Origin: Candidatus Latescibacterota bacterium
Lineage (GTDB): Bacteria; Latescibacterota; CBDEFO01
Assembly (NCBI GenBank): GCA_965237525.1
Contig: CBDEFO010000007.1
Location: 288,001-352,000 of the forward strand
Direction of reading: 5' to 3'
Length of the DNA: 64,000 nt
Shown here piece by piece: positions 30,421 through 43,087 of the stretch. The notes below the pieces were generated by a model. It was not told the origin of the DNA. It did not search any database and was given only the letters and a program-made list of their open reading frames with translations. Each line of letters opens with the position of its first letter. The stretch's first letter is position 1. Both the position numbers and the translations under genes were made by a program.

Positions 30421-30629
30421 GGATTTGTAAATAGTATGACGTTGCGCAAAAACATTATATATAGATGAGGCACTGCTGTCTCATCTATTTTTGTTCAGCA
30501 GTGCAGTCAGTTGCGATCTGTCGGGAACTTTGAAGGAGTTTGGGAGTCTTTCTGGTAGTCTGAGTAGATCTTTTTCTTGCGTTTGGGAGGTAATTCTGTT
30601 AATACGAAGTTTCATCCTCAGATTTCCTG

Positions 30630-30658
30630 TTGACAGTATATACACAATCGATTAGATT
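30630..30658 (+). promoter_or_regulatory. Sigma70-like promoter of topA
   Basis: TTGACA-17 bp-TAGATT. Confidence 0.6.
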
Positions 30659-30751
30659 TAATCTCACATAGAGATAGTCAAATTTGACGTTACAATGGCA
30701 TCGTGCATTTCTATGAGTTCTTAGTAGAACTTATCAGTTGGTGAAATAGAT

Positions 30752-32992
30752 ATGACAACTAGAAAAAAAGTAGATGGTAGGAGATCGTTAGTGGTTGTGG
30801 AATCTCCTGCTAAGGCCAAGACTATAAATAAATTCTTGGGGAAGGATTTTGCTGTAAGGGCGTGTATGGGTCACGTGCGGGATCTTCCTCAAAGAGAGTT
30901 GGGGATAGATATAGCTGACGGCTTTAAGCCCAAGTATCAGATCATAAAGGGCAGGGAGAAGGTTTTAGCTGAGTTGAAGAAGGAGGCAAAGGTATCCGAT
31001 AGGGTACTTCTGGCAACTGACCCTGACAGGGAAGGGGAGGCGATTGCCTGGCACGTGGCTCAGGTTATATCTAAAAAGGGGGATGGTGTCTACAGGATTA
31101 CGTTTAATCAGATTACTCAAAGTGCAGTGTCGGAGGCGCTGGAGAACCCATTAGGGTTGGATTTGAGGAAGGTGAACGCTCAGCAGGCTCGCAGGGTGCT
31201 GGATAGGCTCGTGGGTTATAAGGTCAGCCCTGTCCTGTGGAAGGCTATGTATAGGGGTTTGAGCGCGGGGAGGGTTCAGTCTGTGGCGCTCAGAATGGTG
31301 TGCGAAAGAGAGGAAGAAATAAGCTGCTTCGTGATCGAGGAGTACTGGTCCATAACTGCAAAGCTAAAGGGGAAAGATACATTTCCTTTTAACGCCAAGT
31401 TGATTCGGAAGGGCGAAAGTGATGCGGACATCTCGAACGGGGAAGAGGCTGAGGAAATTGTGAAGGAGTTGAAGGATAGCGTATTCAAGGTGTTGGACGT
31501 GAGAAAGGGGCAGCAGAAAAGAAATCCCCCTCCGCCCTTTATTACGAGTACTCTTCAGCAGGATGCTGCAACGACGTTAAGATTTTCGAGCGATAGAACG
31601 ATGAGAGTGGCTCAGGAGCTCTATGAGGGGATTGAGCTTGAGGGCGAGTCCGTAGGATTGATCACGTATATGAGGACCGATTCAGTGAGGGTGGCGCCTG
31701 AGGCCGTAAGCGAAGCGAGGGAGTACATAGCATCGGCCTGGGGTGGGGATTACGTGCCGATGAATGCCAGGAGCTACAAAGTTAAGAAGGGGGCGCAGGA
31801 CGCTCATGAGGCGATAAGACCGACTTCTGTAAAAACGGATATTAAGTCGGCCAAGAGATTCCTAACTCCCGATCAGACAAAATTGTACGAATTGATATGG
31901 AAGCGGTTCGTGGCGTCTCAGATGAAATCTGCGATTTTGGATGTTATATCTGTAGATATAGGGGCAGTGGATTACATATTCAGGGCCTCGGGGTCCTCGG
32001 TTAAATACAGCGGCTTCACTGTGATCTATACTGAGGGTAAGGACGAAGATGGGGAGGAGAGGGAGGATGAGAGGGTTCCTGAAAACCTTAAGGTTGGAGA
32101 AGAGTTGAACTTGCTGGGGTTGTTTCCCCAGCAGCATTTTACCAAACCTCCTCCCAGATACACTGAGGCAAGCTTGGTTAAGGAACTGGAGGCCAAGGGG
32201 ATAGGCCGTCCGAGCACTTATGCTGATATAACCAGTAAGATCAAAAGCAGAAGTTACGTGAAAGAGGATAGGAGAAAATTCGTTGCGACGGATCTGGGGA
32301 TGGATGTAAACACTCTGCTTGTGGGGGCTTTCCCTGATATTTTCGACGTAAAGTTCACGGCGATGATGGAGGATGAACTGGACAGGATAGAGGAGGGTGA
32401 GGTCAACTGGGTGGAAGTGGTGGATAAGTTCTACACTTCGTTTGAAGAAACTCTTTCCGATGTGAAGGAGCGCCGAAAGGAGATTAAGGAATCCCTTCAG
32501 GAAAAATCGGGGGTAAAGTGTGATCTTTGCGGTAGGGAAATGGTAATAAAATGGGGGAGAAATGGGAAGTTCATGGCGTGTCCAGGGTATCCTGAGTGCA
32601 AGAATACCAAGCCTCTGGAGGAGGAAGAGATCGAAGCGGTAGGACGTAAGTGTGAAAAGTGCGGCGGCAATATGGTCACAAGGAGCGGACGCTACGGGAA
32701 GTTCTTAGCTTGCTCGAATTACCCTGAGTGTAAGAACACCAAGCCCTTTACCCTGGGAATAGCTTGTCAACAAGATAGCTGCGGCGGAGAGTTATTAGAA
32801 AGGAAAACGGGTAAGGGGAGAATGTTTTATGGATGCAGTAATTATCCTGAGTGTAAATTCGCCTCCTGGGATCGTCCTGTAAGTCAAAGGTGTCCCGCAT
32901 GCGGAGCTGATTTTATGGTGGAGAAGACTTCTCAAAAGAAAGGGGATTTCCTCAAGTGCCTTAACTGCCAAGGGGAGTTTCCTGTAGGATAG
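30752..32992 (+). CDS. topA: DNA topoisomerase I
   Basis: VESPAKAK, ATDPDREGEAI, SAGRVQS, ITYMRTDS, C4 zinc-ribbon repeats. Confidence 0.98.
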   Translation: MTTRKKVDGRRSLVVVESPAKAKTINKFLGKDFAVRACMGHVRDLPQRELGIDIADGFKPKYQIIKGREKVLAELKKEAKVSDRVLLATDPDREGEAIAWHVAQVISKKGDGVYRITFNQITQSAVSEALENPLGLDLRKVNAQQARRVLDRLVGYKVSPVLWKAMYRGLSAGRVQSVALRMVCEREEEISCFVIEEYWSITAKLKGKDTFPFNAKLIRKGESDADISNGEEAEEIVKELKDSVFKVLDVRKGQQKRNPPPPFITSTLQQDAATTLRFSSDRTMRVAQELYEGIELEGESVGLITYMRTDSVRVAPEAVSEAREYIASAWGGDYVPMNARSYKVKKGAQDAHEAIRPTSVKTDIKSAKRFLTPDQTKLYELIWKRFVASQMKSAILDVISVDIGAVDYIFRASGSSVKYSGFTVIYTEGKDEDGEEREDERVPENLKVGEELNLLGLFPQQHFTKPPPRYTEASLVKELEAKGIGRPSTYADITSKIKSRSYVKEDRRKFVATDLGMDVNTLLVGAFPDIFDVKFTAMMEDELDRIEEGEVNWVEVVDKFYTSFEETLSDVKERRKEIKESLQEKSGVKCDLCGREMVIKWGRNGKFMACPGYPECKNTKPLEEEEIEAVGRKCEKCGGNMVTRSGRYGKFLACSNYPECKNTKPFTLGIACQQDSCGGELLERKTGKGRMFYGCSNYPECKFASWDRPVSQRCPACGADFMVEKTSQKKGDFLKCLNCQGEFPVG

Positions 32993-33062
32993 ATGATGCT
33001 GAATACTCAAGAATTTGAACTTATGCCTTGTGCGAGACTAATTTATCTTAAGAAGGGATCTT

Positions 33063-34043
33063 TTGTATTCTAACTGGGGCAACTTACAGGTGTTATCTTA
33101 CCTATCGTTCAAAACATGGATCGAAGAGTTCCTATCTTATTTAGAAAAGGAACGTCATCTGTCTGTGTATACGGTCGAGTCTTACAGATGCGATCTTCAG
33201 CAGTTTTCTGCTTCCATGACAGATTACGGGGGGATAGAGGATGTGAGTGTGACAGAGATCGATAAGGAAGCGATTCGGTGCTTCTTGAGCTTTTTGACGG
33301 ATTCTGGATTGAAGAAGAAATCAATAGTTCGGAAGCTTTCGGCGATCAGGTCTTTTTGCAGGTATCTGTGCAGAAGGGGGATTTTAGAATCCGATCCTAG
33401 CGCCGGGATGGCCTCAGTGAAGTTAGATGAAAGGCTTCCAGCTTTCTTGAGCGTGAAGCAGACAAGGCAGGCCGTGGAGATGCCGCAGGACGATCTTTTA
33501 GGATCAAGGGACAGGGCTATTCTGGAAGTGCTCTACGGAGGGGGCCTGAGGTTAGGTGAGCTTGTAGGATTGGATGTGTGGGACATGGACACTGTAAAGG
33601 AAACTGTGAAAGTAATGGGAAAAGGGGGAAAGGAGAGGATTGTCCCGATAGGGAGCATGGCGTCCCAGGCTCTGTGGAGTTATCTGGACGCAAGGGGGCT
33701 ATTGGCTGGGAAGGCAAAAGATGACAAGTCCGGGGGCAGGTCTGTAAGGGCACGACTCGGTGACAAAGATGCGCTCTTTTTGAACAGTAGAGGGAGAAGG
33801 TTGACGGACAGGGGAGTTCGGAAGATAGTTGTGGGCTATATTTCGAAAGTGACAAAGGGAAAACAGGCAAGTCCCCACGTGTTGAGGCATAGTTTCGCGA
33901 CTCATCTATTAGACAGAGGGGCAGACCTGAGGGCAGTGCAGGAGCTCTTGGGACATTCGAAGCTTTCGACGACTCAGATGTACACGCATGTGACCCTGGA
34001 TCGTCTGAAGAAGGCATACGAAAAGGCTCATCCGAGAGCTTAA
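33063..34043 (+). CDS. xerC: Tyrosine recombinase XerC
   Basis: GLRLGE, GKGGKER, HVLRHSFATHLL, LGH...TTQMYTH; located between topA and hslV. Confidence 0.88.
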   Translation: MYSNWGNLQVLSYLSFKTWIEEFLSYLEKERHLSVYTVESYRCDLQQFSASMTDYGGIEDVSVTEIDKEAIRCFLSFLTDSGLKKKSIVRKLSAIRSFCRYLCRRGILESDPSAGMASVKLDERLPAFLSVKQTRQAVEMPQDDLLGSRDRAILEVLYGGGLRLGELVGLDVWDMDTVKETVKVMGKGGKERIVPIGSMASQALWSYLDARGLLAGKAKDDKSGGRSVRARLGDKDALFLNSRGRRLTDRGVRKIVVGYISKVTKGKQASPHVLRHSFATHLLDRGADLRAVQELLGHSKLSTTQMYTHVTLDRLKKAYEKAHPRA

Positions 34044-34153
34044 AAAGTAACAGAAGTCAGTACACAGGATACAGGGCAGCCCTGCTTCTTCGAAGAAAAG
34101 TAGCAGCATACAGGGAAGGGAGAAGGTGCCCTGTCTACTTCTTTAGGAGGTAA

Positions 34154-34699
34154 TTGTACTTGGAAGCGCTGAAGTTGAGGGCTACTACAGTCCTGGGCGT
34201 AAGGCACAAGGGCAAGTGTGCAATGGGGGCTGACGGTCAGGTGGGTATGGGAGATACTGTGATGAAGCATAGGGCTCGGAAGGTGAGGAGGATCTACAAT
34301 AACAGTGTTCTTGCCGGATTTGCAGGAGGAGCGGCTGACGGATCAACGCTTTTGGAGAGGTTCGAGTCGAAATTAGAAGAATTCAGCGGAAATATTCAGA
34401 GAGCCGTTGTTGAGCTTTCCAGGGATTGGAGGTCTGACAGGACGCTGAGGCGTTTAGACGCACTTTTGGTAGTGATGGATCCAGATCATTCTTACATTGT
34501 GTCTGGAGAGGGGGATCTGATAGAGCCGGACGATGGAGTGGTGGCGATAGGTTCGGGAGGTGCGTACGCCTTGGCGGCTTCAAGGGCTTACATGGATGTG
34601 TCGGATCTGAGTGCCAGCTCTATAGTAGAACGATCTTTGAAGGTGGCAGCTTCTATCTGTATCTATACAAACGATGAGATAATTATAGAAGAACTATAA
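34154..34699 (+). CDS. hslV: ATP-dependent protease subunit HslV
   Basis: ATTVLGV, DGQV, GFAG, AIGSGG, ICIYTN. Confidence 0.95.
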   Translation: MYLEALKLRATTVLGVRHKGKCAMGADGQVGMGDTVMKHRARKVRRIYNNSVLAGFAGGAADGSTLLERFESKLEEFSGNIQRAVVELSRDWRSDRTLRRLDALLVVMDPDHSYIVSGEGDLIEPDDGVVAIGSGGAYALAASRAYMDVSDLSASSIVERSLKVAASICIYTNDEIIIEEL

Positions 34700-34796
34700 A
34701 CCCAGTAGACAGTAGTCAGCAGACAGTAGGCATGCCGTCTCCCCTTTCTCCTTGTTTACTGTATGCTGTTTGCTGTCTACTATCTTGGAGGGGATT

Positions 34797-36158
34797 GTGG
34801 AGGAACTGACGCCGAAGCAGATCGTGAGAGAATTGGATAAGTACATCATAGGTCAGGAAAAGGCAAAAAGAGCAGTGGCGATAGCCTTAAGAAACAGATG
34901 GCGCAGACAGCAGGTTCCTGATGAACTTAGAGAAGAGATAATGCCCAATAATATCATTATGATCGGGCCGACAGGCGTGGGAAAGACGGAGATAGCAAGA
35001 AGGCTTGCAAATTTAGCGAATGCGCCGTTCGTAAAGATTGAGGCGTCAAAGTTTACTGAGGTCGGATATGTAGGGCGGGACGTGGAGTCAATGATAAGGG
35101 ATCTGATGGATATTGCGGTAAATATGGTAAAGGGGCAGAAAAGTTTTGAAGTTGCCGAGGAAGCAGAACAATTAGCGGAGGAAAGACTTTTAGATATCCT
35201 GCTGCCGCTACCTACTACAGCCGACAAGAAACTCGACAATGACCTGCAGGCGGACAATGAGTCTCAGGCAAGCTGGGAAAGGACAAGGGAAAAGCTAAGG
35301 AGACAACTTTACGAGGGAAAGTTAGATAAAAGGATGGTGGAGCTTGATCTGCCAAAGGATAAGCTCCCGATGGTGGAGATATTCTCGCCTTGGGGAGGGG
35401 TAGAGGAGATGGGGATCAACGTCCAGGAGATGTTGGGGGGAATAATACCACAAAGGACGAAAAAAAGACTAGTACCTGTGCCTGAAGGAAAAAAGATTCT
35501 GGCCCAAGAGGAGGCACAGAAGTTGATAGATATGGATGAGGTGGTAGGTGAGGCAGTAAAGCGGGTGGAGAATTCCGGGATAGTGTTCGTAGATGAGATA
35601 GACAAAATCACAGGGGGCGACGTAAAGGGCTCAGCGGACGTATCCAGAGAGGGCGTCCAGAGAGATATTCTGCCGATTGTTGAGGGATCGAGTGTGACGA
35701 CGAAGTACGGGATGGTCAGAACAGATCACATCCTGTTTATCTCTGCGGGGGCCTTTCATGCGTCGAAACCCTCTGATCTGATCCCCGAGCTCCAAGGGCG
35801 CTTCCCGATCAGAGTGGAGTTGGATAGTCTAAAAGCTGAGGATTTCGTAAGAATATTGACTGAACCCAAGAACGCTCTTTTGAAGCAGTACACGGCCTTA
35901 TTGGAGACTGAGGGTGTAAAGATCTCATTTGGAAAAGAGGCTATCATGGAGATAGCCAAGGTGGCCGATACGGTAAATCAGAGGATGGAGAACATCGGAG
36001 CACGAAGGCTGCACACCGTAATGACTACATTATTGGAAGATATTCTATTTTCCTTGCCCGGTTCATGCCAAAAAATAATAAGGATAACTCCAAAGGTAGT
36101 AAAAGAAAAGCTCCAAGAGATCGTAGAAGATGAGGATCTGAGCAGGTATATACTGTAA
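34797..36158 (+). CDS. hslU: HslU ATPase subunit
   Basis: [41 protein letters not shown] 34797 follows GGAGGG. Confidence 0.97.
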   Translation: MEELTPKQIVRELDKYIIGQEKAKRAVAIALRNRWRRQQVPDELREEIMPNNIIMIGPTGVGKTEIARRLANLANAPFVKIEASKFTEVGYVGRDVESMIRDLMDIAVNMVKGQKSFEVAEEAEQLAEERLLDILLPLPTTADKKLDNDLQADNESQASWERTREKLRRQLYEGKLDKRMVELDLPKDKLPMVEIFSPWGGVEEMGINVQEMLGGIIPQRTKKRLVPVPEGKKILAQEEAQKLIDMDEVVGEAVKRVENSGIVFVDEIDKITGGDVKGSADVSREGVQRDILPIVEGSSVTTKYGMVRTDHILFISAGAFHASKPSDLIPELQGRFPIRVELDSLKAEDFVRILTEPKNALLKQYTALLETEGVKISFGKEAIMEIAKVADTVNQRMENIGARRLHTVMTTLLEDILFSLPGSCQKIIRITPKVVKEKLQEIVEDEDLSRYIL

Positions 36159-36159
36159 A

Positions 36160-36370
36160 AACAGTAGACAGGAGCCCCCGATAGATTCGATCAGGGCTAC
36201 AAGGGGCACCTCCTCCTCTGCCTTGAGTTGGCTTCGTCTGATGCCGGTGGAGTGGCACCTTTGCTGGGGAGACAACGAGCCACGAAGTGGGTGCCACCAA
36301 GTGGGGTGGGCGAAGCAATTTCGTGGACTGTAGAGAGGGGAGGAGAGGGATAGCCTGTGTGCTATCTACT
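36160..36370. repeat. Composite REP-like element bounded by AGTAGACAG/CTATCTACT
   Basis: Includes a 21-bp palindrome (36176-36196), AGCCACGAAGTGG and GAAGCAATTTC modules. Confidence 0.6.
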
Positions 36371-36390
36371 GAAATTAAGGGAGCTCCAAA

Positions 36391-37338
36391 TTGAACGAAG
36401 ATTTCATATCTATATCTGATCTTTCTGGAGATGAGATTCTTAAGCTTCTTGAAATTTCGTTAGATATAAAAAACTCAAGCGTTGACTCCTTGCGGAAGAA
36501 CAACAAGAGGCCGTTTGAGGGTAAGACGATAGCTTTGATATTTGAGAAGCCCTCGTTGAGGACAAGGGTGACATTTGAAGCGGCTATAGCTCACCTGGGA
36601 GGATATGCTATTCATCTCCAGCAGGCGGATCTAGAACTTGGTAAGAGAGAGAGTCCGGCGGATATAGCCCGGAATCTGGAAAGATGGGTGGACTGCATCG
36701 TGGCACGTACATTCGATCACAAGACCATAGTTGAGCTTGCAGATTCTTCAAAGATCCCGGTGGTGAACGCCTTAAGCGATAGGGAACATCCGTGCCAGGC
36801 TCTGGCTTTCGCGATGACTATGGTAGAACGTCGACTCCGTGTGGAAAAGGTGGGAAATCTGAAGGGACTGAACATGGCGTTTGTTGGGGACGGGAATAAT
36901 GTGGCTCATTCTATGATGTTGCTCTGTCCCGTAGTGGGGATGAATTTTGTGATCTCCTGTCCAGAGGGCTACGGGCCGGACGAGGAGATAATGAGCAAAG
37001 CTTTAGGTTTGGCAAGTGATGCGGGCACGCGGATGGAGATTGTGGAGAACAAGGATGATGCTGTCAGGAATGCGGATGTGATCTACACGGACACGTGGAC
37101 GAGTATGGGACAGGAGGATGAAGCTGAGGAACGGTCTAAAGCGTTTTGTGGTTATCAGGTGAATATGGAACTTTTAGATAAGGCTAAGAACGGTTGTCTG
37201 GTGAGTCACTGTCTTCCGGCTTACAGGGGGAAGGAGATCACAGATGAGGTTTTGGACAGCCCGCGTTCTATAGCGTTCGATGAGGCGGAGAACAAGCTGT
37301 ACGTTCAAAAGGCTGTGTTGCTGAGACTTTTGAAGTGA
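36391..37338 (+). CDS. argF: Ornithine carbamoyltransferase
   Basis: FEKPSLRTR, HPCQ, GDGNNV, DTWTSMG, HCLP. Confidence 0.93.
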   Translation: MNEDFISISDLSGDEILKLLEISLDIKNSSVDSLRKNNKRPFEGKTIALIFEKPSLRTRVTFEAAIAHLGGYAIHLQQADLELGKRESPADIARNLERWVDCIVARTFDHKTIVELADSSKIPVVNALSDREHPCQALAFAMTMVERRLRVEKVGNLKGLNMAFVGDGNNVAHSMMLLCPVVGMNFVISCPEGYGPDEEIMSKALGLASDAGTRMEIVENKDDAVRNADVIYTDTWTSMGQEDEAEERSKAFCGYQVNMELLDKAKNGCLVSHCLPAYRGKEITDEVLDSPRSIAFDEAENKLYVQKAVLLRLLK

Positions 37339-37368
37339 TCGCAGTCCGAAAAGATCTGCATTGTAAAG

Positions 37369-39189
<1,821 letters not shown>

Positions 39190-39219
39190 TGGCATAGGTC
39201 AAAAGAGACATGAAGGAAG

Positions 39220-39741
39220 ATGACAATGGTGGAGCAGACAATCTTGGGACAGAACGTGTGTAACGTTTCGGTGTTATCTGTGGCTATTGCGCCGGACGTC
39301 TCTTTCGCAGACAGCCGTAATCTCCAAGAGGTCAGCAGTCAGATAGAGGTCTATCTGGATGTCATTGCCAACGCAGTATCTGAGAGTGGTGGTACCATCT
39401 TGACTGCCAACGTATGCGCCAAGGGATATGAGATTCTGGCACTCTTCGGAGCGCCCATCTCCGTGGACGACCATCCTCGACAGACAGTTCAGGGCGCTCT
39501 CAACAGTATCTGGCGTTTTCAAGGCGACAAGGACTGTGCTTTCTGCCCTATGTGGCTGTCTCCAATACACTGCCTTTGGCCCGCCTGTGCATCGTGCGAT
39601 TCGTCTGCGGGATCGTTCTACTCCCGGATGCTTGCTCATTACGCGCCCGGTTTTGGAGGTCTCCAAAGATCTTGTCGGAACGATCCATCCGCGTCGAGTG
39701 AGGACGACATGGCCCCAGAAAAGTTAAATCTCTGCCTTTGA
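39220..39741 (+). pseudogene. Probable remnant of a class III adenylate/guanylate cyclase domain
   Basis: SGGTI...GYEILALFGAPISVDDHPRQTVQGAL resembles the cyclase GDxxMALFGAP..EDHA.RA motif; similarity is lost afterwards. Confidence 0.5.
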
Positions 39742-39881
39742 GGTCCAGGAAAGGTAGATCATCGCTCTGCGGTGCTGATGCTTTATATTTCATCCATATC
39801 CGGCGTGGATGTCCTAATGCAGGAGTCGAGAGAGAAGCACTTTTCAATGTTTTCAGGTCATAAACGTAGAGAGCTATTTCC

Positions 39882-40754
39882 ATGATCGCAAGTATGACAG
39901 GGTTCGGCAGGGGAGAGGCTGAGGGTGGTGAGAGCCGGACGACGGTTGAGATAAGGTCTGTGAACGGACGTTTCTCTGAAATCTCTGTGCGCCTTCCAAG
40001 ACAGTTTGTAGATCTGGAGCAGAAGATTAAGGAAGGTGTCGGCAAATCTATCTCAAGGGGGAAAATAAGTGTGTCAGTATCCTGGGAGAGCAAAGTGGAA
40101 AGCCCTGTCCGCTTAAATGTGGATGTTCTCAGAGCTTATCGAGAGGTTTTGTCAAAGGTAAAGGATGAGTTAGGGGTGGAAGGCAGGGTAGACCTTTCTG
40201 TGCTTCTGGGTATGCCCGATGTATTTAAGCAGGAGGAAGAGAAACTGGACAGGGAGTCTGCATGGAGTTTGATGCAGAAGGCGTGCGATATGGCGTTGTC
40301 AGAGCACAGCCAGATGAGAAAAAGGGAGGGAGAAGAACTGAGCGTGGATTTCAGAAAGAGAATAGACATCCTGGAGAATCTGAGAGAAAGGATTGAGGAA
40401 CTTGCTGCTTTGAAAGTGGAGGCAACAAGGGAAAGGTTGAAGGAGAAGATCCAGAGGCTCCTGGAAGATACCCAAATAGATGAGATGAGGCTCTATATGG
40501 AAGTAGCAGTGCTGGCTGAAAAGAGCGACGTGACTGAAGAGTGTGTGAGATTCCACAGTCACAATAGTCAATTTCTAGCCACCTTGGACAATGGCGGGCC
40601 GGTGGGAAGGAGGCTAAATTTCCTGCTCCAGGAGATAGGTCGAGAGATAAATACTATAGGTGCCAAGGCTAACGATGCTGACATATCTCACCTCGTAGTG
40701 GATATCAAAGAGGAAGTAGAAAGACTGCGCGAGCAGGTTCAAAATGTGGAGTGA
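39882..40754 (+). CDS. yicC: YicC/YloC-family endoribonuclease
   Basis: MIASMTGFG, SVNGRF, EECVR, GRRLNFLLQE, REQVQNVE. Confidence 0.93.
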   Translation: MIASMTGFGRGEAEGGESRTTVEIRSVNGRFSEISVRLPRQFVDLEQKIKEGVGKSISRGKISVSVSWESKVESPVRLNVDVLRAYREVLSKVKDELGVEGRVDLSVLLGMPDVFKQEEEKLDRESAWSLMQKACDMALSEHSQMRKREGEELSVDFRKRIDILENLRERIEELAALKVEATRERLKEKIQRLLEDTQIDEMRLYMEVAVLAEKSDVTEECVRFHSHNSQFLATLDNGGPVGRRLNFLLQEIGREINTIGAKANDADISHLVVDIKEEVERLREQVQNVE

Positions 40755-40856
40755 TATGGAATTGAAGGTGGTGCGACCACAGCGGGTGGGACGATCACTG
40801 CGGCACGATAATGACGTAGTAGCTAGTAAGCGGAGCGTACAGGGGAAAAGAGCAGG

Positions 40857-41453
40857 GTGAAATGGAAGGGATTCATACTGGTGCTGTCAGCTCCTTCGGG
40901 TACGGGAAAGACTACTATAAGGAAAGGGGTGGTAGAAAAGAGCCAAGATGTGGTTTACTCCGTATCGGCGACGACGCGGCCAAAAAGGGAAGGTGAGGAG
41001 GACGGTGTAGATTACGTCTTTCTGTCGGAGGATGAATTTAAGCATAGATTGGATCAGGGAGATTTTGCAGAGTGGACACAGTATCAGGGATTCTTGTACG
41101 GGACTCTAAGAAAAACGCTTGTGGATGCTTTGAGCAACGAGAAAGTGATAATTTCAGTTGTGGAGGTTGGTGGGGCGAGGAATCTCAAGAAGATTTTTTC
41201 TAAGGACTGTGCGACGGTGTTCATAGCTCCGCCGTCGATAGACGTGTTAGAAAAGAGGTTGAAGGCAAGGCGGACAGATTCAAGGGACGTCATAAAAAGG
41301 AGGTTGAACGCCGGTCGCAAGGAGATGGAGAATATAGCTGAATATGATTATGTTATAGTTAATGAGAATCTGCACGATTCTATCCTTCGGATTCAGGCGA
41401 TCATAGAGGCGGAACGGCATCGCACGAAAAGGTTAATAACGATTTTTGATTAA
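40857..41453 (+). CDS. gmk: Guanylate kinase
   Basis: APSGTGKTT, SATTRPKREGE, YGT, FIAPPS. Confidence 0.96.
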   Translation: MKWKGFILVLSAPSGTGKTTIRKGVVEKSQDVVYSVSATTRPKREGEEDGVDYVFLSEDEFKHRLDQGDFAEWTQYQGFLYGTLRKTLVDALSNEKVIISVVEVGGARNLKKIFSKDCATVFIAPPSIDVLEKRLKARRTDSRDVIKRRLNAGRKEMENIAEYDYVIVNENLHDSILRIQAIIEAERHRTKRLITIFD

Positions 41454-41483
41454 CAACTGAAGATGCTTTAAGGGGGTAGTTAT

Positions 41484-41687
41484 ATGGCTGAGGTCTCTTT
41501 AGGGGATCTGGATGAAAGGGGAATTAGTAGGTATGAGTTCATAGTTGCGGTATCCAAGGAGGTGAGAAGAATAAATCAAAAAAGAAGGATTGAAGGAGTG
41601 GTAGACGGCACGAATCCTACTACTATAGCTATAAAAAGGGTTCTTGAAGGAAAAGGCGAAATTGTGCACAAAGACCGCAAAGAATAG
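41484..41687 (+). CDS. rpoZ: RNA polymerase omega subunit
   Basis: SRYEFIVAVSKEVRRIN...PTTIAI; located between gmk and coaBC. Confidence 0.8.
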   Translation: MAEVSLGDLDERGISRYEFIVAVSKEVRRINQKRRIEGVVDGTNPTTIAIKRVLEGKGEIVHKDRKE

Positions 41688-41699
41688 ATTGTTCGCAGG

Positions 41700-42920
41700 A
41701 TGAGCAGCATGAACAGGGAAAGTCTAAAGGGAAGACGCATAATCTTAGGCCTGACGGGTGGAATCGCCGCATATAAGGCTGTGGAGGTATTAAGAGTCCT
41801 GAAAGAAGCTGGCGCAAGTGTGACAGTGGTTATGACCAGAACAGCTCAGGAGTTCGTGGGGCGCGCCACGTTTGAGACCCTTTCGGAAAATAGGGTGGAG
41901 TCTGATCTTTTCCCAAGGGAAGGCAGGATAATGGATACGGTGCACATATCTTTGGCAGATTGGGCTGATCTGCTGCTGATAGCTCCTGCGACTGCGAATA
42001 TCATAGGAAAGGTGGCAGGCGGGATAGCTGATGATCTTCTTTCCTGTGTGGTTATGGCTACAGCGGCCCCGGTTGTGTTCGCCCCAGCTATGGAGACGAA
42101 CATGCTGATAAATCCTATCGTACAGGGAAATATACAGAAATTGGAGGATTTAGGCTACAGGTTCATACAGACAGGCGAGGGCTTCCTAGCCTCCGGAAAG
42201 ATGGGCAAAGGGAGACTGGCAGAGGTAGATATTATAGTGGATACTGCAGCACAGGCCTTGCAAAAATCTGAGGAACTAGTGGGGAAAAAGGTTTTGGTGA
42301 CTGCGGGGAGAACGGAGGAGGACATAGATCCTGTAAGGTTCATAACGAACAAGTCTACGGGAAAGATGGGCTACGCTTTAGCCAAAAGGGCGTTAGAAAG
42401 GGGAGCTGATGTCTGTTTGATAAGCGGGCCATCGAGTTTGACTCCGCCTTTGGGCGCAAGAGTCGAAAGTATCAGATCTGTAAGACAGATGAAGAATAAG
42501 GTGGAGGCGGAGTTTGAGTCCTCAGATGTGGTGCTTATGGCTTCTGCTGTGTCCGATTTTCGTCCTAAGGTGAGATCAAAGGAAAAGTTGAAAAAAGACA
42601 AAGGGAATATGACACTTGAATTGGAACAGACTGAGGACATCGCCAAAAGCTTGGGAAAGAAAAAAGGGAAGAGGATTCTGGTGGGTTTTTCTATGGAGAC
42701 CGAAGATGAGGTTGAGAGGACGAAAAGGAAGCTCGAGGACAAGAATTGGGATATAGCAGTGGCTAACAACGTATTGGTAGAGGGCGCAGGTTTCGGCACT
42801 GATACTAATGTGGTCACTATAATCTCCACAGATGGTAGCGTAGAATCGCTTCCCAAGATGAGCAAACTGAATGTGGCAGAAGTGGTTTTAGACAGGGTTG
42901 TAAAGCTCCTAAACAAATAG
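41700..42920 (+). CDS. coaBC: Bifunctional phosphopantothenoylcysteine decarboxylase/ligase
   Basis: TGGIAAYK, APATAN, PAM, DPVRFITNKSTGKMG. Confidence 0.96.
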   Translation: MSSMNRESLKGRRIILGLTGGIAAYKAVEVLRVLKEAGASVTVVMTRTAQEFVGRATFETLSENRVESDLFPREGRIMDTVHISLADWADLLLIAPATANIIGKVAGGIADDLLSCVVMATAAPVVFAPAMETNMLINPIVQGNIQKLEDLGYRFIQTGEGFLASGKMGKGRLAEVDIIVDTAAQALQKSEELVGKKVLVTAGRTEEDIDPVRFITNKSTGKMGYALAKRALERGADVCLISGPSSLTPPLGARVESIRSVRQMKNKVEAEFESSDVVLMASAVSDFRPKVRSKEKLKKDKGNMTLELEQTEDIAKSLGKKKGKRILVGFSMETEDEVERTKRKLEDKNWDIAVANNVLVEGAGFGTDTNVVTIISTDGSVESLPKMSKLNVAEVVLDRVVKLLNK

Positions 42921-43087
42921 ACAGCAAGGCAGGCCCCTGATGGATTCAATCGGGGGCAGGGAAAGGCATGTCGCGGCGAACCCACACGGCAGTGGAGGGG
43001 GAGAAGTTGCAACAAGCCACGAGGGGGTTCGCTCAAATTTTGGAGGGCAGATGCGCGGGTCTGCCCCTGCTGAATAGAGTGAACTGT

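Noticed and set aside
33063..34043. Prophage or integron integrase
   Set aside because: Standard topA-xerC-hslVU context, with no IntI-specific patch, att sites or phage genes seen.
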